From contig CM120642.1 in the NCBI GenBank assembly GCA_051362555.1, forward strand, positions 10,974,001 to 11,038,000: DNA of 64,000 bases, written 5' to 3'. Source of the DNA: Lingula anatina. Its lineage: Eukaryota > Animalia > Brachiopoda. Below are positions 39,082 to 50,623 of this stretch, in pieces (within the stretch, counting starts at the first letter, position 1; each line of letters begins with the position of its first letter). The notes beneath the pieces were generated by a model that was not told the DNA's origin, did no database searches, and saw only the letters and a program-made list of their open reading frames with translations. Position numbers and translations under genes: made by a program.

Positions 39082-42000
39082 TATTATTATTATTATTATT
39101 ATTATTATACTGAAAGCTATTATGATTTTTATCATTATTATTAGCTTTATACAGATATGCACGGTGATTGATGTAAATGATTTTTTGTGGCCCTCTTGTT
39201 GAGAATATATGTCAAAATAATTTGATTACCACTACAATTTTCATTCAACAAAACGAAACTGAGTGCGATTATGTACTTACGACTTCCTCTCAAATTCTCC
39301 CTGGACTGGGAATTCTCCAGAATTCACGCCATTTGCCCAGAACAATTCCATATAAACCTTGGCATCGGTGCCAGAAAACCAAGAAGAACTGGTCTTTACC
39401 TGAATCACAAAGTCGTCCACTGAAATGAAATTGCATAAAATGTGCATAACGAAATGATAAAAAGAAATATCGGACTTACAAAATGGAAGATAAGAAGATG
39501 ACGTATTTTTTGTAAGAGTAGCATGGAGGATTTATCGTGCTTACTCACGTTTGACAGATTAACATAGGTATCCTAACAGAAGAATACAAAAATACTTTCA
39601 AATATTACATAACTTACTTCTCCATGCAGCTTGTGGACATCCGTAGAACAAATTAATCTTGTCGACATCAGTTGCAGACAAGTCGTCATTCCCGAGTGAC
39701 ATGGATGGGTTGGCTTTTGCCTGTATCGTTTTCTGTCCGTTTGCGCTGAATTCAGTATTTCTGTAGTGCATCAGAGACTGAAAGTCGTACGGTTGGCCCA
39801 TGGTTGTTACTTCCCAAGATCGTTTCTTTGCAAATTGGCTCGACATTCCTAAAATATGAAAAAAAAACACTGAAAGATGGTAACCTTTCTCTATGAAACC
39901 GTGCTCCCAAAGTACAAAAGTTGTGCTTACTATATGACCTTCCGTGTCAGATTTTCGCCACTTATTTTTATCAACCAAGAGTATATTCAAGTATATTCAA
40001 ACCAGCTAGCCATACGGATTTTAAAATATAATTTTTTTATAATATCATAAGAAATACAAAATGCATGCTTACTTCTTTAACTTACCGGACTTAATATCTC
40101 TATAATTGATGGTGACGTAATTATCTCTGTCAGGTCGACTTTGTTCGTGGAAAAATCCAACCGCATGAAGTATTTCGTGCAGCACAGTGCCTTTGCTGTA
40201 GCATCCGTTCCCAAGATTCAGTGTCTGCATGCCACCTTGGCGACCATAGGACGAAAAGCAACTGAAAACAAAAAACAAGTATCGTGATTCAAATTCTGGT
40301 GCCATATATGTATACATATAGCCTACAGTTTAGTATATGTTATTCCTTGAATCGTTATGTCGTTATTAGATTATCCTTATAATGCAATTTCTGGATATTG
40401 TCTTTTTTAATTAAAACAGAACATAATGCATCTGTACACTCTCAACACATTGATAACACGTCCAATTTTCTTAAAGTATGCAAAATTCTCCGTTTTTCAA
40501 GTTGAGCGATTTTGATGTGGCTGTAAATAGCATCTATGACGATTACCTGCTACCACTTCCAGTTACTTTAATATAGTCCATCTGATTTGTCCTGGCTTGA
40601 AATTTGATGCAAGTTAACATCCTCAGACTGTTAATCGCTAATTGGAACGCATAAGAAGCTGAACCACCTGCAATTGCAACAAAAGGAATGGATCGGGCGA
40701 TTTTGAGGTGTTAGCCGAGTAGTTCTTACAAAATTAAGTAGATCCAAGAACAATGAAGACCCACAAAACACACACTTGTCGTTCTGTAAGGTGTATAGTG
40801 GGCGTATGATTATCTTAAATACTAACTTGGCACTACTGGCTATGTATTTACATGTACATTCGTATGTTAACTTTATACAGTGGATTTACCTATAATTATT
40901 CAAGACACATTCACCCGGCAGAATTAACTTACCGGCAGCCATGGTATAGGGAATGATGACATCATTACCAGACTTTCTCCACTTCCTATTAGGCCGTGAC
41001 GTCATCTGTCTCTTCTCCGCTGGTGCATCACTGACGTCATCTCTAAGCATTGCTAGCAGCTCCTTGTCAACTAATATGTCGCCTTCGTGGAGGTCTGGAA
41101 TAAAGCAAATCGTTTTCCATCTCGTAAGAAAACGTCTGGCCGCTATTTGGGTCGTTGTCGAGCGGTAAAATTCATGTACTTAAGACAAATGTGATGAGAT
41201 TTTGTAAGTTATGTCAATTAAAAGGACACAAAAGAGGATTTTCGCGCCAAAATTGATTTATCCCGGGGTTAACAGTACTTTTCCGCGATTTACCAACCAA
41301 CCTTAAATCTATCATTCCCGGCACTCGCCATCGCTCTGTAACATTTTTGGAAAATACAATAAAAGAAAACTCTTCGTGCCGGACACGCATAAATCAACCC
41401 GGCAACTTTTTGTGGTGGCATTTGCCTTCGCTTTGAATTGTTAACTAGACACAGCGCTGCAATACATAGTCAGAGATTATAGGGTTTGAATCATTGAACT
41501 TAAAAAATTGCTTTCATGTTACTGTGTAAACAATCAACCCTACCTCCTTCTTTCAGGGAATCCAAATAGCGCTTATACTCGGCTTGTCTTTCTAGCTCTT
41601 GGTTCCTTTCAAGTTCATTCTCCAGCAGTGCTACGACATTTGCAACTGAAAGAACAATCACACATGTATGTGCAAATATCTTAAACTTTGTAAAAAAAAG
41701 TGCAGATAGGTAGCTCCTACTATATGGATGCCGCCACAATGGAACACATGGCACAGAAATGCTGTGAAAAGAATTGCAACATGGTTATTATTACATTGGC
41801 ATGCTACCTACCTTCATCTCTTTTCTCCTGGTCCCCTCCAGCATCAATTGTTAATTCTTTTTTCAGTGCTAAAAGCTTTTTCAGCTCATCTGAAATTTAA
41901 AAAAATTGTGTTATTACTACTTATCAAAAATTTCGCCATGAAACAATAATTAATTTCAATGCAATGTTTATCAAAAAGAAAAAACACGTTTTTCTTTTAC

Positions 42001-42318
42001 ATATTACATGGAGTTCAATCCCAACCTACCTTCGTCTAATCTGTCAGACCTTGACGAGATGGGTGTAGGATGACCACCATGGAACAGAAACACAACCAAA
42101 CAGAGGTGAAGAAAAACCTATAATAATATTAACAATAATAATAATTTCTTTCCTGGCTCTCCAAAACAACACAGCCTTCATATTTTAAACACTTTTGAGT
42201 GAAGGCTAGCATTATTGTATGATTGGTAGGATATTTATCTAGATTACCCTACAATCTCCATAGGTCTTTCATTCTTTCAAATACGTAAAGATATAATTAG
42301 TTGACTTACCCCTTTCAT
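38051..42318 (-). CDS. Astacin-PLAT metalloprotease, copy B (inverted paralog of 4675-8421)
   Basis: Same 11-exon structure starting ATG AAA GGG|gtaagt at 42318; HEILHAVGFFHEQSRPDRD; SLMHY; PLAT exons; ends VTIEDKTRSTRYECYCNCWLKNTLAKTVSCRRL* at 38051; no frameshift or stop seen in the exons read. Confidence 0.92.
38986..39158. repeat. (AAC)n(AAT)n(ATT)n microsatellite with a fold-back (39027-39158)
   Basis: ATATCTGTATAAAGCTAATAATAA ... TTATTATTAGCTTTATACAGATAT inverted arms. Confidence 0.85.
41182..41428. mobile_element. ~247-bp insertion in astacin B intron 4, absent from copy A
   Basis: The flanks align directly to ~5706-5735 of copy A; termini AAGACAAATG / CATTTGCCTT are inverted repeats. 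Confidence 0.6.
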
Positions 42319-43835
42319 TTTGATGACTAACGGTTGTGATGCGCCTGAAAGTAGTAGTATAACGAGGATATCGAAAATGCCACAGCTCCAGGATTTCAAA
42401 TTTGTATAATTATTGTACAATTTGGCCCATTGCAGAATATGAATTAGATAGGGCCTTTATTTAGTGCTTGTCTCACCCATTCCCGATAACATAGCAGCCA
42501 TTATAAGGACACATATAGCTACTAAACAAATATCGAAATTAACTCTAGTTTCATGAAGAATACATATACGATGATTGAGTGCACTAGTATTACTTTACTG
42601 CTTATTTTTCACTGCTTTCCTTTTCGATGAAATAAACCCACGTTGTACCAATTATGAATAAGTTTGCACTATATGTACAGGGTTCGTTTTATCCCCCCTC
42701 CCAAGACAAATTAATTTTCCTGTTCGCCTTTCCTCCTTTTTTCCGTTTTTGTGTGTATATAGGTGTGTGCCTGTGTGTACCAAGGCCCAGATATAATATA
42801 CACTTTAATGAAATGAAAATGACCAAGGTCCATTTTCACACAAAAATGCCAGTCCAAATCTGATTTACACTTCGAATTTTCCACTTCAAAGTCCAAGAAA
42901 AGTCTGTAGTAGTTCATTAAATTTAACCATCAATATAAAACATCTGCCATCAGCCAGTCGCAATCAGCCCCACTATCACCCTTAAATATTAAATCTTTAC
43001 TCACCTTTAAGAGGACTACTAGTGATTTGCCTAATTAGGTCCAAATTGACTAAGTTTCGGTCCTTCGTAGAATCTTAAAAGGTCAACTTTCGACTTGAAT
43101 TCCCTTAAACTTAGCTTGTACAGTAAGCTGTGTCCATCCAGTCCACTTTCAATAAATTTGATGTTATTTTAAGATATTGTTTTAAATTAAAACGTTGCTG
43201 CACAATTACGTCGACATGAACTATTGTCGACTGAAAATTTCTATATACCTCTGGATGGAGTCTATGTGCAATGCACCATCGATATTAATTTGCACTTAGA
43301 GTAATGTCTCTAAATTAAATGAACAACCATCTAACAAAATATCAACGCAAATGATAAAATCGCAACTTACGACAGTGATTGGGAAAAGCAGTTGATTAAG
43401 TTAAAAATCTTCCCTTTTTTTCTTCAACAAGATGGACGTCACTCGGTTTTTGTGTTTTCGAGTCCACGTAAGGAGAACTAAGAACGGCACTCGAGCTCTT
43501 TCTCTCCTCTGCCTGTCTTTTGTGGTGCCGTGTTGACGTTACCAAGACCCACATTTAAGCCGAACAGAAAAGTACAAAAAAAGCTCCTCGACAAATAAAC
43601 AGTGTTTGCTTGACAATACCTGGGACAGGTAACGGCATTTACCCTTACTTGGCCTAAATATAGAGATCTATATATAGCTTATAAAGCCTCATTGGCCACG
43701 GTTATGAAGAGCTACACTTAAGTTTAGAGCAGACGACACAAATAACAAGAGTTGAACAATAATTATACGGGATTGCGCTCTGTTAAACTTTCTTATACGA
43801 GCTGATTCGCACTTGAACTGCACCCCCTCCATTCT

Positions 43836-43876
<41 letters not shown>

Positions 43877-45117
43877 CTCCAGTGGTGGTATAACGGCATT
43901 TTGCAACATTTATTCAACCGATTTTGATCGTATTTTTGTGCGCTGTGGTAAAGTAGCATGGCAGTCTACGGTCATTGTTGTGGGGTTTTTAGGTTTATTT
44001 ATTTTATGGGCATTTTACGACACTTGTTTACTAACCAATCAAGGTGACAGCCGAGCGTGTTTTTATCGATGTTGCATGAAATTAGTGAGAACGTTTTGAT
44101 ACACCCTCACTGAACATCACTAAACATCGCTCTATAAATGTAAAGCGATGTATATTGAGTGTTGAAAAGGCTATACATGATTTTTTAAAAATTAATAGTG
44201 AGGGAGCATTTGACAAATAAGATTAATTCTGTTTGTTGAATCCTATGTGCCTCCGTCCACACTTTTACTTTTCTAAAAATACAGTGGCCCATAGTAATAA
44301 AAGGCAGTTTTTAAGAGTTTGTTTGTTCATTGGTCAGTTTGTTGTTGTAAGTCTAAAGCAATGGACTGTATATAGTCCATTGTCCAAAGCAAGTATACCA
44401 GTATGCAGCTCGTGCAGCTTAAAAAGAGAGAGAGAAAGGGGGGTTTACAGTAAAATATTAATTACACCTTTCTTGTTACAACTAAAAAGGTTTTGGATTC
44501 ATTAAATTAGACTTGATACAGTTGAATCGTATAGATCTAAGCGCCGCGTTCATTGAATCCACTCTATTCTATTTTAACTTTCGAATATGAAAATGTTGAC
44601 TTTCAATACAAAATTGCACATCTGACAGCTGTAAAGAAACAATGACAATATTACCATGAAAATATATGCACGTTTTTCGAAAAGGAAATATATTACCAAT
44701 TCATCCAGTTTAAAAGACATTTTTTAAAAATTAAAATTGTCATTCTGTCTGGGAAATCAGTAAAATATCAGACATTTTTCAAAGAGAAATCTGACTTTCG
44801 AAACTTAAATGATGGTTTCCAAAATTGAATTTGCGTTAGATATATAGTTAGCAATACATGTAAATCTTTGATTTATCTTTAACGTCGTTCTTGAAATATT
44901 AAACACACTGCCAAGCCCACATACGTTTAAACTCCATATACTGCAACAGGTTGACATACACAGAACAAGATGCAGTAATTGTAGGGTAGCATATTGATCT
45001 ATGCTGACTTAAGGATCAGGAAAGAGAAAGGTGACAGTTACTGGGTCTCCCGGTCAGTTGGGTACACAGTTTCATTGACCGTCAAGATTTAGACACCAAC
45101 GTAGGGTGACTATCACA

Positions 45118-48100
45118 ATGGAGACGAAAGATTCCTCCGCATTTACGAAGTCCGGAACGCCAGTTCACAGAAAGCGAACTTCGATCAAGAAGATTCTCGT
45201 TTACGGCATTTGCTTCCTATTGTTTGCTTATTCGGTTATAATTGTATACGTCTCTTTAAGGATGAATGTTCTAACTCTGCGACGACGGCTATTAGATGCT
45301 CAGGTACAGTCCTACAAGTCTTCTGTTTCTCTTTCTCTCTCTCGAAACGATACTGACACCATAGTTTAATTCAAGTTCGGAGGCAATGGCAGATAGCAAA
45401 GTTTTATTTATCCATTTTAGCATTAAATAGTTTTATCCCATTATGTCAGACGTATAATTTTATAAACACTATCTCGGTTTTATTAGTAACGAATTCCTCA
45501 ATAAGATATTTACTAAACAATCTTAGATTATGCATGATTTATTCAGAGAAGCATTATATCTTCTATGCTGGAAACCTATCACTGATACTTTAGCACGAAA
45601 ACGTAACCCACATATCTTAAGATATTGAAGCATGATTATATGGGTATCTTCTATTATTCATAGCTGCCGCACAGGACAAGGTCTGGAGTTCGCGAAATAA
45701 ATATTTCAATGCATTTATATCAGCAGCTTAACTCCATTGATTATTTTGTTAATATTAATTGACTTGAAATGAAGACTTAGATTACTATTTGTGCCGGAGC
45801 CGAAAAGTTGCGATAAAGCTTCCAAAGAAGAATCCGAAAGATTATGACGCAGATTTTAAGGTTCATTTTGGTTTTGGTGAAACTTGATTTGTTTTATTTC
45901 AGCTTGCGCGTTCAATGGTCTTCGAGGATGCGTTACACGACTTTGATTATCTACCTCTTCGACACGTCAAGGACAACGTGTTCATTTCCGAAATCAACAT
46001 GACAGCAGAGGAGTATGACAAAATTGAACAAAGTTTCTACAGGTAAATTATTCACTCAAAATAACGTCCATTGGAATAAATATAAGGGCATGAGCTGTAA
46101 GATCTCACCATTGGTAAAGTCTACTAGGGATTAAATGCTTGGTCTTACATAAGTCTACAGTGATAGAAATACGGTTAATCAGAGTACTGAAAAGACAGTT
46201 CTGCTTCACTCAAATTACTCTCGATCATATGTCTACTCTAGCTGTTACAAAATTGTATGAAAATCTAATTTTGTAACTGCTAGAGAAGACATCTGGTAGA
46301 GAGTAAAGGGGGGAGACTTCCTTAGCGTGTAGTGAAATTTGGCCCATCGGTCACACACGCGTCTTAGCACGCACGTATACACACGCGCGCCTTACCAGTC
46401 TTTATTTATCAGTCTCTTCGTATCCCTTTGTCCTAAATCTTGTGTGCGTAGGCACAAACGTATAGTCACACTCAGGCACACACGCACACAAACATGCACC
46501 TTGTCTGGACTAGGGGTTTGATCGACACAACATGACCTTAGTTTCCACAAGGAATTACTACAAGTGACTGATTATGTTCATTTTCAAACATATTTTCTAG
46601 ATACATACGACACCAGCAGTATGAATGCCGTAACCAAACTCGTGCAGTATCTCGCAGTAGCCTGGGTTGGGACATTTGCCTCGACCCGCCTTTCATCCTG
46701 GTCCCGGGGCAATGTCTGGTCTACACGTTCAGGTACAGAGGTGGCTGCAACACGCCCCCCCCCCCCCAAATACGTTACGGCTTGTGATTAAGTAAATCCC
46801 CTACTGCCGGCCGCCATCCCCATTTCTCGACATGACAGGCTTAAACCTCGGACATAATAACGTTATTATCGTTATAATGTCCAAGTTTAAAGGGATAATA
46901 ACTCTTCGTTTTGGCCAAAAAATGAATTTTCCTGGAGTAAACAACAATTTTCCCATGCTTAACAATGGTTAATGAATCCATTTTTACATTCAAAGTTAGT
47001 CCCTGGTTTTTTTCTAAAAAGTTTGGTTTTTTTTTTTGTTAAAATATCTTAAGAGATTTTAACAGAGTATAGCCATCAATGGAGGTCACATGGTCTAAAG
47101 ACAAGCTCAGATATCAGAATAATAGCTATAACTGCCGTTTTTGTGGTAAAACAGAATATATTATATTTCTATGAGTTATTCACAATGTTTTTATTGTGAA
47201 ATATAGATCTGATACGAAGAGTTATTATCCCTTTAAACAGAAAAATGCCATGAATTTATGTTTTTTAATCATATCTACCACCTCCCGACGAACCTCGCCC
47301 CTAATCAAGCATTTTTACACTGTTTTACGTCGCTCTAAATCTTGAAGTCGGTGCTCAAAAACCGAGATAGCGATGGCGGAATTTCAAAAACAGTAAGCTA
47401 CAGAGGGAGAAAACGTTACAGGAAATTTAGTTCAGCATTTCGCGGGAAAATATCACCATGTGCAAGTTAAAAGGGTTGACTCAATGACAACATATCCTGT
47501 ACAACGGTTTGACTCTAATCTGTATTGTTCCATCTTTTCTTTTACTCGAATGAATTGCACTCAACAAGGTTTTAAGGTAAAAAAGTGTGTAAATCTATAT
47601 GCAGATGAGAGTTTCCTTGAAATGTACGATTGATATGCATATATGTGCATGTACTAATATATCAGACTGTCACTAATTTCGTTGAATTATATAGATATTA
47701 TTTCGAGATTTTGTTTTGTCGTTTTCAATATACTTACTTGACATTTTCAGACAATCGGGGTTTGTCCAGACTGGTTTTGAACAATACATGACGAAAAAAT
47801 TTAATTGCAAAGTGTTGGCATTTGATCCAAGGTAAATGGTCTGCGCATTTGCATCATACATATAGGTCACATGACTTTCACGGTTGAGCTTTTATATTGA
47901 TTTTTATTGATTATTTATCTATTTATTTGTCATAATTTTTCTTACCGAAAATGCAAGGAGGGGATGTAATAAATCACACAGCTTAGGCCAAGTGAATATA
48001 ACATGTTAATCAAAACGTGGGTAGATAGTCTATTTGTATTATGGAGTTTGGAGTTCGACTAAGAAATGATCCAATAATAAGAAAAATGGTTCAGGACCCC

Positions 48101-48190
48101 AAGAAAAATTTATTCAGGTACACAAATGTTCAATGTTGATTTTAAGCAATCTGTAGTGATGGTACTTTCCACGTGTATGTACAACATACA

Positions 48191-48239
<49 letters not shown>

Positions 48240-49165
48240 TACCAAGAACAGATTTTTATGAATAACATTCTATAATTTGAATGCCATAAATTAATTATTT
48301 TTGAAAACGTTCAGCAAATAAAATTTAGTAATTGCTTTTCTAGGTTAAAGATGAAGAAGCAGTACGTTAAACTACAGGAAAACGTTATCTTGTATAAGAC
48401 AGGTTTATCGGCAGAGAACAAACCGAGCGGAAATGACCAGGACGCCGCGTGGGCAGACAACACGTGGGATCTTAAGACGCTGGGCACAATACTACAGTCG
48501 ACGGCACCTAGCAATGTATGTAGAATATAACTAGGGCGGAAAATGCTTTTTAGTTTTATCTAACTGAATTCTGTCGTGTTTTGCACATGACGCAGTGGAA
48601 TGGTGGATGGCCCAGTCATGGAGTTGTAAAATGTAACCTCATTGTAGTGCCTCATATACAACCGTTTGGGTTGACTGGCACAAAGAAAAATTCGAATTAT
48701 TTAGTTTTGAACACATGTATAAGATGATGTGTAAAGTATTATGCTGTTTAACTTTTATACACTATCCTGTGCACAGAAACGGATTTATAACATATTCGTT
48801 TTCTTGACTTTTATTTGTAGGCAATCATAGACTACATGAAGATCGACATACAGGAAGGGGAATGGAGTGCTTTATTAACAGCATTCCAAGAAATGTCATT
48901 ACAGAATGTAAAACAATTGTGTATAGAGATCCATATTGTCGGGAAGTTCTCCAATTTTCTAACTCACGAACGCGTCAGTGCACTGAAGACGTTGAGAGGT
49001 ATAGGATTCAGAATATATTCGTCAGAGGACCTTGGTAGGCGCAAAGTGTCGCCGTACACGGGCAGAAATGTGCACTCACGCTTTAGGCTTTATTTCATAA
49101 ATAAGCATTTCTTGGAACAAGTGCGCGATATGAAAAGAGACAATTCTTCGGACACGTTGTGGTAA
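45118..49165 (+). CDS. METTL24-like (Methyltransf_22/FkbM-type) methyltransferase with N-terminal TM anchor
   Basis: Exons 45118-45303, 45903-46042, 46601-46732, 47751-47831, 48344-48515, 48821-49165 join in frame. TM ILVYGICFLLFAYSVIIVYVSL; YEC...GWDICLD...CLVYTF...FEQYMTKKFNCKVLAFDP...KTLGTIL...IDYMKIDIQEGEW...VKQLCIEIH...GFRIY. Confidence 0.85.
46215..46306 (+). other. ~92-nt hairpin (~40-bp stem, 12-nt loop) in METTL24-like intron 2
   Basis: TTACTCTC..ATGTCT-A-CTCTAGC-T-GTTACAAAATT [GTATGAAAATCT] AATTTTGTAAC-T-GCTAGAG-A-AGACAT..GAGAGTAA. Confidence 0.7.
46891..47232. mobile_element. Kolobok-like non-autonomous element (TTAA TSD)
   Basis: Perfect 18-bp TIR AGGGATAATAACTCTTCG / CGAAGAGTTATTATCCCT with TTAA on both sides; purine-purine ends fit Kolobok rather than piggyBac (CCY); decayed relatives in astacin intron 10 (~8100-8255, ~38219-38402). 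Confidence 0.8.
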
Positions 49166-49249
49166 ACGTGTCTTTTTTGTGTGAAACTGACTGAACCATT
49201 GGAGTGATACGAGTTGAGGGGATTACCCTCCGATAGCGTTGCGCTTCTG

Positions 49250-49970
49250 GGGCCCGTTTGATGAAGCAGTAGTTAGTTAGAATAACTAACAATTAGAATA
49301 ACTAACTACTGAACTATCTCGCTAACGAGAAAACTTTAGGGGTGTTTCACGAAGCAGTCGTTAACTCATCGCTAAGTTCAATTGTAAAGTTCGGTCGTTA
49401 GTTCTCTCGTTACTCACCGTAGTCTCTAAACAGTTTACCGGAAGTGGAACTCTTGCGTCAAAGTGTCGCGAAAGCTCTAACTCTCCAATTTCCGGCGGCT
49501 GGAAATGCATAAGAACGTCTGCTTTGAGGTCGTCGTAAAGGATCTCCACCACCTTTTTGCCGCTCTTTTTGTCACAGCTAGGTGCAACCTCTCGTAAATT
49601 GCATCATCGCGTGTATATTCTAATAGATTCTGCCTATCATGAAAACGTCGTAGTCTACGTTGCCGTCTGGCGGTACGGATAGAAAGGTCGTCGCCATATT
49701 GGATACAAAGACAAACGACAGACAACGGTAACTAAGCAACCTTTCTATTTCATTCATTACGCATGCGTACGATGAAACTCTAGAGCAATAGAAGTAGAGA
49801 ACTACTATGTCTAGAGTTAGCGACTGGTCTGACCAGTCGCTAAATATCCAAGGTAACAACGACACAATAAAGAGCGAGAGAACTAGCGATAGCTTCGTGA
49901 AACGGCACTCATAACTAGCGAGAGGCTAACTACCGATCTCTAACTAACTACTGCTTCGTGAAACGGGCCC
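49250..49970 (-). mobile_element. Harbinger/PIF deletion derivative with transposase 5' remnant
   Basis: ~30-bp TIR GGGCCCGTTT(G/C)A(T/C)GAAGCAGTAGTTAGTTAG; flanks CTG/CAG (CWG target). Minus-strand frameshifted remnant RRQRRLRRFHDRQNLLEYTRDDAIYERL / VEILYDDL...PPEIGEL resembles the HARBI1/Harbinger transposase N-terminus. Confidence 0.8.
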
Positions 49971-50623
49971 CAGATGTGTATCTAGAAAGTAGTAGGTCTA
50001 CTCCCACGCACAATCAAATCCAACAGAAAAGAGAAAATTCACCAATTCGGTTATTCCACACGCAGAAAATAAAGTATTATAATAAGGGAATAGACAAATA
50101 ACAGGGACGGATCCAGAGATATTTTCTGACAGTCTTCCAAATTATCTTTGTTGATCTATCCTCCAGTTTTGACCGTCTTCCGACAGAAAACATTAGATGC
50201 CCGACAATGTAAACTTGAAAATCTGACCGTCTTCCGGAACACCCAGAAGACGGCCTAAATCCGCCCCTGTAATAATGTGTAAATAAGAAGAAAAAGCACT
50301 GCAGTTTAAATGCTATATATGTTACATGCAAAGCTACTTTTGCTTATTTTTTCTGTAATATTTCTGTTGATAAAAGATAAAAAATACACTACTTTTTCAT
50401 AGTTGCATATAGTTCAACGTGTACCGTGCAGACGGACACGCAAGAAACGCATAAGACCTCGTCAGTGATTTGCTGTCGTGTGACGCAAGGCATAATAATG
50501 AAAGTAATGTATGATTAGGCCTTCATAAAAAGGTCATAAAACAGCTAGCAACTGATTGCAGCCTGATATGCAAAATGCTCGCAAAACTGGTAAATAAACC
50601 GACAAGTTATTCACGTATTACGT

